The translations under genes were made by a program, and so were the position numbers. A model generated the notes under the pieces. The model worked only from the letters and a program-made list of their open reading frames with translations, was not told the DNA's origin and ran no database searches. Source: Chthoniobacteraceae bacterium (lineage in GTDB: Bacteria > Verrucomicrobiota > Verrucomicrobiia > Chthoniobacterales > Chthoniobacteraceae). From it: a stretch of 26,418 nucleotides of DNA. The stretch is from NCBI GenBank assembly GCA_037190965.1, contig JBBCKI010000014.1, positions 1-26,418 of the forward strand, given 5' to 3'. This document shows, piece after piece, positions 1-8,625 of the stretch; the first letter of the stretch is position 1; each line of letters opens with the position of its first letter.

Positions 1-520
1 GCAAGGGACAAGCGGACCTCTGGTTGATCTTTATGCTCGATTCCGAGCGTCCTATAGCTCTTAGTTGGCATTCCGTTATACACAGGGGGCATGTTGGCGG
101 GATTTCCCGCCTCATGTCCCCATTCTTTGATGGAGAGCCCTCTTTGTTAAGGCGTTGAGAGCGCCATTCCTGCTTGAGCTTTCAGTGATTGTATTTGAAG
201 GAATTGAAAATCTGATATCGTATTACTTATTGCAGATTGGCGAATCGCTAATCATCGCGATATTGGGCCTATTTGTTTTCTGGGTCGTAGCGATGAATTC
301 TCGCAATGTTAAGTGAATTAACAAAACGGCAAGTTCTAGACGGCGTCAATAGTTTGAGGGCGACTCTTGATTCTCAATCGTGTTTAGGCATTCCTTTTTT
401 ACACTCTCGGTCAAAGGACAATGCGGAGAAGTAAAGCCTAACCCGTAAACACTGTCACGCGCGGGATTCCGCTTGCTTGAAATGGGGCAAACGCCTAGTT
501 AGCTCAACGAACGGAACGCA

Positions 521-1087
521 ATGATGAAATCTCGAATCTTACTGAAGACGATCATGTTGTTAGCGCTCTCATGTTCCGGTGGCGTGGCTCAGGTCACTGA
601 CGTCATCTCGATCGAGACCGCCCAGGGAAATATCAAGGTGGAGTTGCACGGAAAGGATTGCCCCCAGAATGTCGCTGCCTTTAAGGCATTCGTCCGGAAA
701 CAGGTTTATACGGGCTCGGCGTTTCACACGCGGGGGCCGGATTACATCTTCGGCGGGAAGCCGGGGCCTCACGCGGTGAAAGCCATGGGGGAGAGCGGAA
801 ATTTTTCAGCGCAGAAAGCCCCTCCAGGCGAGTTCACCCTGGAGCACCGGAGGGGCGCGCTGATTGTCGCAAGGACGGCGGGGAGTTGTAATCCTGACAA
901 ACGGACGAACTCGACCCAGTTCACGATCTCGCTGGAGGATTCTCCCACAACCAGCAGGGAATACACGGCGATCGGGTATGTTGTGGAGGGAATGGAAGCC
1001 GTTGATAAGATCGCCGCCATCCTGAATGATTCCAAAGCGAAGGCCGCGGATACCCGCATTAAAAGAATCAAGGTATTGAGTAAGTAG
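521..1087 (+). CDS. Secreted cyclophilin-type peptidyl-prolyl isomerase-like protein (divergent active site)
   Basis: N-terminal signal peptide. Cyclophilin motifs IETAQGNIKVEL..CPQNVAAF, YTGSAFH, HRRGALIVAR, NSTQFTI, GYVVEGMEAVDKI. Confidence 0.85.
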   Translation: MMKSRILLKTIMLLALSCSGGVAQVTDVISIETAQGNIKVELHGKDCPQNVAAFKAFVRKQVYTGSAFHTRGPDYIFGGKPGPHAVKAMGESGNFSAQKAPPGEFTLEHRRGALIVARTAGSCNPDKRTNSTQFTISLEDSPTTSREYTAIGYVVEGMEAVDKIAAILNDSKAKAADTRIKRIKVLSK

Positions 1088-1231
1088 GGAAAGAGCTGGG
1101 CGTCCACTCTTCCCGCGCTGTTTTCGGTCGGAATATGAAAAATATTATAGCATGGCCGGTGACGGCCTTGATTTAACGCCATTCAGATCGGTCTTGATAT
1201 TTTTATAATATTCCAAAACCCACCCCGCGCC

Positions 1232-2605
1232 TTATCCTACCCGCTGCACCACCACGCGCGAGCCCTCTATGAAGACGATGCGGATTGGCGTACCGGGTTC
1301 GATGAAATCACCCCGGCTGATGACGTCTCGGGATTCGCCCCCGAAGGTCCCTTTTCCGCTCGGGCGCAGGATCGTGGCGGCGACGCCCTCGGCGCCCACG
1401 GCAAGCCCTGCAAATTCGCTATGCTCCGTCGGGAACGCCGGGCCTACAGGAGTTTGCGTGGCCAGCACCAACCGGCGATAGACGGAGGTTCTTGGCAGAT
1501 ACCGGGCGAGCAAAGCGATCGAGACGGTCGCCAGCACGGCGGTAATTCCCAGATTCAATAAGGGACGCTCCAGCGCCTGGGATTCCGGGATCAGCGACTG
1601 GCCGGGGAAACGATCGACCATCGCCCAGAAGATCGAAGCCAACATCAAGAACACCCCCGCGAGGCCGGGAAGAATCGTGCCGGGGTGAATTACCAGTTCA
1701 CTGATGACCAGCGCCAGCCCGATGGCAAAAATCACCGGAGCCTCCCAACCGGCCAGCCCCGCGATAAAATGCCCGGTAAAGAAGAGCGCAAAGCAAACCG
1801 CCGAGAGAATTCCCGGCAGGCCGAACCCGGGGGTTTTGATTTCAATCCACGCCCCCAGAATCCCGCCCAACAGGAAAAGCGGCGCAAGCGTGGTGATCCA
1901 GAATGCCACCTCTTCGAACTTCGTCGGCTGTACCTCTTGCACCCGCCCGGCGATTCCCGCCTGCTTGAGCAAATCGGGGATCGACTCCGCGATGCCCGCC
2001 GCAAGCAACGGCTTTCCGTCCACCTGCTTCGCCGCCTGCTGCGCCCCCAATGTCAGCAGCGATCCCTTCTCATGAATGGTTTGCCCCCCGACAATCACCG
2101 GGTGATTCTTGTCGATGAAGGCTTTGACGATGTCAGGGTTATAGCCGTTCTTCTCCGCGACGCTTCCGAAGTAGTCCGAAAGGTAAGAAACCTGCTTGGC
2201 GTTGAGAGTCTCCGGCAGATTCTCCCCGGTCGCGGCAACCGGTGCAGCCGCGCCGATGGCACTGATTGGGGCCATGTAAATGTGCTGCGTGGAAACGGCA
2301 ATCAACGCCCCTGCGGAAGCGGCGTTGGGGTTGACATAGGTAAATGTCGGCACCTTGACCTTCACCAAGGCCTTCTGCATCTCCACCGCCGCGTCGGCGT
2401 CCCCGCCATAAGTGTCCATGTCGAGGACCACCGCCTTCGCGTTCTCGCTCGCCGCCTCTTTCAAGGCCCGGCGCAGAAAGAAGAACTTCGCCTTGGAGAT
2501 CTCCCCCTTGATCGGGATAACCACCACATCCTCGGCAAAAACGGCAGCGGAACCGATCGCCAAAACTGCCCAGACAAAAATCAGTGTGCGGAGCAATCCT
2601 TTCAT
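1232..2605 (-). CDS. nfeD: NfeD family membrane-bound serine protease (ClpP-like domain, TM region, C-terminal OB fold)
   Basis: Motifs VVLDMDTYGG, AASAGALIA, IYMAP.SAIGAAAPV, LLTL..QQA, EIKTPGFGLPGI, GVAATILRPSGKG, FIEPGTPIRIV. Start trimmed to ATG 2605, which gives a signal peptide (MKGLLRTLIFVWAVLA). Confidence 0.9.
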   Translation of the reverse strand: MKGLLRTLIFVWAVLAIGSAAVFAEDVVVIPIKGEISKAKFFFLRRALKEAASENAKAVVLDMDTYGGDADAAVEMQKALVKVKVPTFTYVNPNAASAGALIAVSTQHIYMAPISAIGAAAPVAATGENLPETLNAKQVSYLSDYFGSVAEKNGYNPDIVKAFIDKNHPVIVGGQTIHEKGSLLTLGAQQAAKQVDGKPLLAAGIAESIPDLLKQAGIAGRVQEVQPTKFEEVAFWITTLAPLFLLGGILGAWIEIKTPGFGLPGILSAVCFALFFTGHFIAGLAGWEAPVIFAIGLALVISELVIHPGTILPGLAGVFLMLASIFWAMVDRFPGQSLIPESQALERPLLNLGITAVLATVSIALLARYLPRTSVYRRLVLATQTPVGPAFPTEHSEFAGLAVGAEGVAATILRPSGKGTFGGESRDVISRGDFIEPGTPIRIVFIEGSRVVVQRVG

Positions 2606-2740
2606 TCTCCTAATTTCTGCCGCCGTTCCTCTTCTCTCAAGCTGAAAAGAAAGATTCGGCATCCCCCGGCTTTTCTCCTTCGCGAAAAAAAATTGTTTTA
2701 CTTGAACCCGCAACTCAACCCCACTAAGGACATACTCAGT

Positions 2741-3139
2741 ATGTGGATATGGAAGCCCTCTGTTTTACTCGCCTCGTGCCTGGGGTTTCTAGCTTGGCGG
2801 GAAATGTCAAAACCGCCTCCTGCCGCCTATCTACAGTCCTGGCAAATTCCCCGAACGATCACGACCACCAACGGCCAGGTTTTTCAGAATGTGACCATTC
2901 GTTCCCTGACACGGGATGGGGGTGTGATCATCAATCACGGGGCCAACGCGGTGAAACTCCCGAGCGGGGCGATCAATGCGGAAGTCATGGCCATCATTGT
3001 TAAAACCGCCCCAGCCTCCGGAGTCGCCGAGACTCGTCAGTCGCCGTACACCATCAATCCAAATACGCTTCACCCCCCTCGCCCGGCCCGCGGCAGCCAT
3101 CAACCTCCAACCCTGCCCAGCCACTCCGCCGCCCCCTAG
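2741..3139 (+). CDS. Hypothetical exported or membrane-anchored protein (132 aa) with a Pro-rich tail
   Basis: 3' part of ORF 1685..3139 from ATG 2741, with TAAGGA upstream. Hydrophobic N-terminus, then a beta-rich segment TITTTNGQVFQNVTIRSLTRDGGVIINH. Fills the gap divergent from nfeD. Confidence 0.65.
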   Translation: MWIWKPSVLLASCLGFLAWREMSKPPPAAYLQSWQIPRTITTTNGQVFQNVTIRSLTRDGGVIINHGANAVKLPSGAINAEVMAIIVKTAPASGVAETRQSPYTINPNTLHPPRPARGSHQPPTLPSHSAAP

Positions 3140-3257
3140 GATCTTGGCGAAAGATAAGGTCGGCGCCCTATTGAAAGGGTTTGGAGAGCCCTGAAACGGA
3201 GTGGCCCCTGCCGTGCGACTGGACATTGGCCCATCTTAAGCTCAAATATCTGGGCTT

Positions 3258-3764
3258 ATGCGCGTGCTTGCCATTGACCCCTCCCTTCGCTGCACCGGCT
3301 TCGCCGTGCTCGAACGCGGCACGGACGGCAAAACGCGAGCCCTGGAGTACGGGACGATCAAAAACCCGGACAGACTCCCTTCCTCCTCCTGTCTGGTGGC
3401 GATCCACGACCGGCTTGCGGAGTTGATCCACCGGCACGAGCCCGATCACGCGGCGGTGGAATCGGTGATCTACGTGCAAAGCTACAAAACGGCGATTGTC
3501 CTGGGTGCGGCACGCGGCGCGGCCATTCTGGCGGTGGCACAGCGGGGGATCGAGATTTTTGAATACCCGCCCTCGCGCGTGAAGCAGGCCGTCGTCGGCC
3601 GGGGGGGCGCATCGAAGGATCAAGTCGCCTTCATGGTCCGGGCGTTGCTTGGGCTGACCGAGACCCCCGTTCCCGATGCCGCCGACGCGCTGGCGGTCGG
3701 GCTCACCCATTTCCAAAACCACAACTCCGCCGGACTCGGCGTCACCACACTGCAACGACTATGA
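3258..3764 (+). CDS. ruvC: Holliday junction resolvase RuvC
   Basis: VLAIDPSLRCTGFAV, AAVES, LGAARGAAIL, EYPPSRVKQAVVGRGGASKDQV, DAADALAV. Confidence 0.97.
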   Translation: MRVLAIDPSLRCTGFAVLERGTDGKTRALEYGTIKNPDRLPSSSCLVAIHDRLAELIHRHEPDHAAVESVIYVQSYKTAIVLGAARGAAILAVAQRGIEIFEYPPSRVKQAVVGRGGASKDQVAFMVRALLGLTETPVPDAADALAVGLTHFQNHNSAGLGVTTLQRL

Positions 3765-4381
3765 AACTCGAAATCCGCTGGCTGGGCCGCGTCAAGTTTC
3801 AGGAAGCCTATGCGCTTCAAGAAGAGCTTGTCGCCGAACGACATGCACACCCCGAGCGACACGGTGTCCTCCTGCTGCTGGAGCATGAGCCGGTCTACAC
3901 CATTGGCCGGACGCAGGATCAATCAAGCCTGCGAAATGCCAAACAACTCCCCCACCCGGTCGTGCAGATCAACCGGGGCGGGCAGGCCACCTACCATGGC
4001 CCGGGCCAGCTCATCGGTTACCCGATCCTTAACCTCCGCGAACGCGGGCAGGACCTTCACCGATATCTGCGCGACCTGGAGGAAGCGCTCATCGCGGCCC
4101 TGGAGGGGTTCTGCATCCGCGCTGCAATCAAGGAGGGGCTTACCGGCGTCTGGGTGGATGGGCGCAAGATCGCCTCCATCGGCGTCGGCGTTCGCCGCTG
4201 GATTTCCATGCACGGCTTTGCGCTCAATGTCTGCGGCGACATGACCCCGTTCTCGCAGATCACCCCGTGCGGCATCGCCGGAGTGGAGATGACCGCCATC
4301 GAGCGGGAATCGGGAAAACCGGTCACCGTGCAGGAGACGGCCGAGCATGTCAGCGCGGTCTTTTCCCAACGCTTCTCTTGA
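3761..4381 (+). CDS. lipB: Octanoyltransferase LipB
   Basis: LLLEHEPVYTIGR, RGGQATYHGPGQLIGYPI, KIASIGV, HGFALNV, ITPCGI. ATGA overlap with the ruvC stop. Confidence 0.97.
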   Translation: MKLEIRWLGRVKFQEAYALQEELVAERHAHPERHGVLLLLEHEPVYTIGRTQDQSSLRNAKQLPHPVVQINRGGQATYHGPGQLIGYPILNLRERGQDLHRYLRDLEEALIAALEGFCIRAAIKEGLTGVWVDGRKIASIGVGVRRWISMHGFALNVCGDMTPFSQITPCGIAGVEMTAIERESGKPVTVQETAEHVSAVFSQRFS

Positions 4382-6057
4382 ATCGGACCTCCTCCCAGGC
4401 TGCGGTTTCCCCAAGCACCTCCACGGCTCCCTCGAGCCTGCGGAACCCCAATGGCCTTCCGGGCTCCCTCCCATTCTGGACGGTTTTGGTGGCGCTCACG
4501 GCCATGGCGCTCTACCTCCCGTCACTCGGCTACCCGTTCCTTTACGACTCCTCCTCGCAAATCCTCCTCGACACTTTCATTCACCAACCCCGGCATCTGG
4601 GCGACATTCTCACGTTGCGGGTGCTCGGCATGGATGTTCTCGACTTCAATCGCCCCGCGATTCTCCTGAGCCTGATGGGCGATTCACTCCTCTGGGGCGT
4701 CAACCCGGCGGGCTATCGCCTGACCAACCTGCTCCTGCATGGGGCGAGCGCGGCGCTCCTCTTCCGCCTTATCAATCACCTCTCGGGGCGCTTCAGCCCG
4801 GCGTTATTCGCAAGCCTCTTCTTTGCCCTCCACCCGCTGCATTCCGAAACGGTGGTGGAAATCGGCTACCGCGAAGACCTCCTCGCCACGTTCTTTCTCC
4901 TGGCGGGGCTTTGCGCCGCTTGCCGGTTTGACCCGGAGGCTCGCAACTGGAGCAAAACCTGGCTTCCCGCGTTTGGCGTCGTCGGCTGCTTCTTTCTTGG
5001 GGTTGCCGCCAAGGAATCCGGCGTCGCTGGCCCGGCGTCGCTGGCCGTTTTCTGGTGGCTGTTTCGCCGCAGGCGTTCCGCTGCCGCTTCCTGCTCGCGG
5101 CGAGGCTGGATCCTGCTTCTTGCCGCCACCGGGGCCGCCTGCGGCGCGTTCCTCATCGCGCGCTTCACCATGGAACCGGCGCAATCGGTCATCTTCACCG
5201 AACGCCCGCAGCCCATTGCGCCGAACTGGGCGGAGTTAACGTTGATCCAAACGCGTATCTGGGCGGCAGAATTGCTCCGAATCGTCTGGCCCGCCGGACT
5301 TTGCGCCGACTACACAGGCTACTCGATTCGCGGGGTCACCTTGCTCCCTGCCATCTTCGGAGTCGCCGCCTTTGTGGGACTTCAGGCGATGTTTGGCCTG
5401 CGCAATCGGATGATTGCGCTGGGCGCCGCGGTTTTTTGGTTTTCATTGCTGCCGGTTTCCAATTTCATTCCGATCTACCGCCCCATGGCCGACCGCTTTC
5501 TTTACATGCCGCTGATTGGAGCCGCGCTGATGCTCGCCGCCGCGATGACGGGGCTCGGCGCGCTCATGAACCGGCGTCTTGGTCGTCTTGACCTTGGGCA
5601 GGGTGCGCTCTCCACGCTGGCCGCGCTGACTTTTTTGGCGGTTCTCTCTCCGCTGGCTCTGGCCACGCTGCGGGAGGAAGCAGTCTGGCGCGACGGACTC
5701 ACGCTCTGGGAAGAAACCACGAGGCGCAACCCGACTTCCGTTGCAGCCTGGTCCAACCTCGGCTGGGCACAACTGAATAAAAGCACCCCTTTGACCGACG
5801 CCGAAGCCGCCAAAATTTCAGAATCGTTTAGCCGCGCCCTGAACCTGACCAACGGAAAGCACGCCCCTGCCTTCGCCGGTCTCGCCATAATGGCCGCCAG
5901 CGTCGGCAACCACAGCGAGGCAGCCCGCTTCCTCCAATCCGCCGTGGCGCTCGACGCACGCTTTGCGCAGCCCGACAAATTCGAAGCGGCCCTGATCCAC
6001 ACCCCTCTCGAGATTCTCCAGTTCAAACTCATCGCCCTGCGGTCCCGGAATTTATGA
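4378..6057 (+). CDS. TMTC-like GT-C fold membrane glycosyltransferase with C-terminal TPR repeats
   Basis: About 11 hydrophobic segments. Motifs FNRP, YRLTNLLLH, FALHPLHSETV, AKES, ADRFLYMP, VWRDGLTLWE..NP.S..AWSNLG (TPR). TTG start at 4378 inferred from a TTGA overlap with the lipB stop. Confidence 0.8.
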   Translation: MNRTSSQAAVSPSTSTAPSSLRNPNGLPGSLPFWTVLVALTAMALYLPSLGYPFLYDSSSQILLDTFIHQPRHLGDILTLRVLGMDVLDFNRPAILLSLMGDSLLWGVNPAGYRLTNLLLHGASAALLFRLINHLSGRFSPALFASLFFALHPLHSETVVEIGYREDLLATFFLLAGLCAACRFDPEARNWSKTWLPAFGVVGCFFLGVAAKESGVAGPASLAVFWWLFRRRRSAAASCSRRGWILLLAATGAACGAFLIARFTMEPAQSVIFTERPQPIAPNWAELTLIQTRIWAAELLRIVWPAGLCADYTGYSIRGVTLLPAIFGVAAFVGLQAMFGLRNRMIALGAAVFWFSLLPVSNFIPIYRPMADRFLYMPLIGAALMLAAAMTGLGALMNRRLGRLDLGQGALSTLAALTFLAVLSPLALATLREEAVWRDGLTLWEETTRRNPTSVAAWSNLGWAQLNKSTPLTDAEAAKISESFSRALNLTNGKHAPAFAGLAIMAASVGNHSEAARFLQSAVALDARFAQPDKFEAALIHTPLEILQFKLIALRSRNL

Positions 6058-7178
6058 TCGGCTTGTTTACTCCCCGTTACGTCAAGGAAGGCCAGGAAAT
6101 GCTCAAGGCCGCGCGCAAGATGCTCCATTACAAGCGCGATCTGCTCCGTCCCGCGGACCTGGATGCGCTCGAAACGGAATACCGCGCCCTGACGGCTGCT
6201 GTCAAAGAGCGCAATAAGGAGAAAATCGAACAATCCGGCCAGAAACTCGACGAACTTTTCGCCGGCCATTTCCCACGGCCTACCCACGCGGCGCTCCGGG
6301 AGAACTGCGAGGTGTTTCTCGTGGCAATCGTCATTGCCGTCGGCGTTCGCTCCTATTTCCTCCAGCCTTTCACGATCCCAACCGGCTCCATGCAGCCGAC
6401 ACTCAACGGCGTCCTGGCCACCGTCACCGAAGAACCGCCCCCCAACCCGCTCGTTCGCGTGCTCCATTTCGGGCTCTATGGACGCACCTACGTCAATCTG
6501 GTCTCCAAAACGGAGGACACCATTGAGTCGCTCAGACCGGTGAAACGCTTCGTGTTTCTCAACTTCACGGAGGTGCGGTGCAGGCAGCAGACCTTTGTGG
6601 CGCATATTCCCCCCGATAAACTGGAACAGGATTTCAGGGTTCGTCGCGGACGGCCTCTCGCTGCGGGCGAAGTGATTGCGCGAGGCTACGTGAACACCGG
6701 CGACCACGTGTTCGTCGATAAAACGCGCTACCATTTCGTGCGGCCGGAACGCGGCGACGTTTTCGTTTTCAATACGCTGGGCGTTCCCACCGGGGAGAAC
6801 GTGCGCAACCCGGGCGGCCCCTCGCAATTTTACATCAAACGGCTTGCTGGCCTGCCGGGCGATAAGCTTCGAATTGATCCGCCTCAACTTTTCATCAACG
6901 GCGCGGTCGCGCAGAACCCCAGCTTCCAGCGGGTGATGTCGATGAAGGACGGCTACCACGGTTATTCGAACACCTCCGCAGGCGGCCAGCGCTTCCGTTA
7001 TCTCGGCACGCCCGAAGACGTGTTCGCCCTTCCGCCGGAGAGTTATTTCGCCCTCGGCGATAACTCCTACAATAGCTCGGACAGCCGCGACTGGGGTACC
7101 GTGCCGGAAAAAAATCTCGTGGGGCGGGGTCTTTTTGTATACTGGCCCTTTACCTCCCATTGGGGTTTTATCAAATGA
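6054..7178 (+). CDS. lepB: Signal peptidase I
   Basis: QPFTIPTGSMQPTL (catalytic Ser), GDHVFVDK, RGDVFVF, YIKRLAGLPGD (catalytic Lys), YFALGDNSYNSSDSRDWG. About 80-aa N-terminal cytoplasmic extension. Confidence 0.96.
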   Translation: MIGLFTPRYVKEGQEMLKAARKMLHYKRDLLRPADLDALETEYRALTAAVKERNKEKIEQSGQKLDELFAGHFPRPTHAALRENCEVFLVAIVIAVGVRSYFLQPFTIPTGSMQPTLNGVLATVTEEPPPNPLVRVLHFGLYGRTYVNLVSKTEDTIESLRPVKRFVFLNFTEVRCRQQTFVAHIPPDKLEQDFRVRRGRPLAAGEVIARGYVNTGDHVFVDKTRYHFVRPERGDVFVFNTLGVPTGENVRNPGGPSQFYIKRLAGLPGDKLRIDPPQLFINGAVAQNPSFQRVMSMKDGYHGYSNTSAGGQRFRYLGTPEDVFALPPESYFALGDNSYNSSDSRDWGTVPEKNLVGRGLFVYWPFTSHWGFIK

Positions 7179-7897
7179 ACGACCTTTTTCCGATAAGCAG
7201 CGAGTTAATCAACCTGGCCCACCAGATCGGCGCCCACCCGGCGCGGCTGGCGCTCTGGACCGAAGGAGCCGTCGCGGCCCGCCTCCCTTCCGGCAAGCTC
7301 GCGGTTAGCGCGACAGGCACCAGCCTCGCACGCATGGACGCCAACGACATCGTGGAACTCGACCTCGCCAAGACCCAATCTTTTCTGGCCCAGGAGGAAG
7401 TCTCCGACGAGGACCTTGCCGATGCCGGAGTCAATCCCGAAGGACCGCGCCCGTGCGCCGACGTTTTCGCCTTTGCCGATCTGTTCGCCTTTGAAGGGGT
7501 TCAGTTCGCCGCGCATACTCAGCCGGTCACGATCAACCAGATCACCTGCTCCCCCCGCGCCCGGCAGTTCGCGGACCGGCGCAGTCTTCCTTACGAGATC
7601 ATCGCCTGCGGGCAGGCCAGCGTGCTGGTGCCGTTCGCGCCGCCGGGGCTTCCGCTGGCAAAGGAGATCAAACGCAAAATCATGCTCTGGCAGGATCGCT
7701 ACCGCTCGGTGCCCAAAGTGATCCTTTTGCAAAATCACGGCATGATCACGCTGGGCGCAACCGTCGAGGAGGTGCTGATGCTGACCGAAATGACCATCAA
7801 GTTTGGCGAAATCTTCCTGGGTGCCGCCATGCTGGGCGGCCCGGACTTTTTGAAACCGGTCCATGTCTCGCACATTGAGGCGACACAGCATATTTAG
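7175..7897 (+). CDS. Class II aldolase/adducin family protein
   Basis: EGAVAAR, VSATGTSL, AAHTQP, ILLQNHGMITLGATVEEV. ATG 7175 overlaps the lepB stop (ATGA). Confidence 0.8.
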   Translation: MNDLFPISSELINLAHQIGAHPARLALWTEGAVAARLPSGKLAVSATGTSLARMDANDIVELDLAKTQSFLAQEEVSDEDLADAGVNPEGPRPCADVFAFADLFAFEGVQFAAHTQPVTINQITCSPRARQFADRRSLPYEIIACGQASVLVPFAPPGLPLAKEIKRKIMLWQDRYRSVPKVILLQNHGMITLGATVEEVLMLTEMTIKFGEIFLGAAMLGGPDFLKPVHVSHIEATQHI

Positions 7898-7911
7898 CGC
7901 GCGCGCCGCTC

Positions 7912-8625
7912 ATGACGGTCCCGGAATCTTCCTCCCTCGCCGCTCTGGATGTCAGTTGCTCCCGCGCTGACGGAGCGGCGATGTCGCAGGTGCTGGAGGC
8001 GACCGCCGCGTTTGAGCGAGCGACACTCAACCTCATCTTCGGCAACAAGGGGAGCGGCAAAAATCTGCTGTTACGCCTGCTGGGGCTGATGGAAAAGCCC
8101 GACCGGGGCGAGATTGTCTTGCTGGGCAAATCGACCCGGGACTGGCCTGACACGGAACGAACGGAAGTCCGCAGCCGCCATTTCGGGTTCGTCTTCGAGT
8201 CGCCGTTTCTCCTCCCCTCCTTCAACGTGGTGGAGAACATCGCCATGCCGCTCTTCAAACTCACCGGGGCCACCCCGGAAACGGCTCGGGAGCACACGAC
8301 CAGGGTGCTGGAGTTCGCCGGGCTGCAACATTGCTCCGAGGCCTCCGTGGAGGCGCTCCCGCTCTGGGCGCAGCTCCGGGTTTCCTTGGCGCGCGCCCTC
8401 ATTACGGAACCGATGGCGCTGTTCGTCGAGAATCTCGACACCGCCTTGCGCGATGACGAGTTGATCAACTTCCTGGAATTGCTCGCCGCCGCGCGACGCG
8501 TTTTTGGCTGCTGCATCGTCGTCACCGCCGCCTGCCGCGATCTGGCCGCCTTCGGCAACCGGGCGCTGGAGATCGAGGAGGGCCGGATTGTTCGCGACTG
8601 GACTCCCGGAGGGCTTCTCTCGTGA
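7912..8625 (+). CDS. LolD/MacB-like ABC ATP-binding-fold protein with degenerate motifs
   Basis: IFGNKGSGKNLLLRLLGLMEKPDRGEI, RSRHFGFVF, FNVVENIAMPL, RVSLARAL. The signature, Walker B and H-loop motifs are non-canonical. Confidence 0.85.
   Translation: MTVPESSSLAALDVSCSRADGAAMSQVLEATAAFERATLNLIFGNKGSGKNLLLRLLGLMEKPDRGEIVLLGKSTRDWPDTERTEVRSRHFGFVFESPFLLPSFNVVENIAMPLFKLTGATPETAREHTTRVLEFAGLQHCSEASVEALPLWAQLRVSLARALITEPMALFVENLDTALRDDELINFLELLAAARRVFGCCIVVTAACRDLAAFGNRALEIEEGRIVRDWTPGGLLS

Noticed and set aside
1..92. Open minus-strand frame running off the left edge (MPPVYNGMPTKSY...)
   Set aside because: Only about 30 codons with no recognisable motif, so it cannot be supported from this window.
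1685..2740. 5' part of the 484-aa + strand ORF
   Set aside because: It is antisense to nfeD with Arg-rich non-protein-like composition. Only the part from ATG 2741 was kept.
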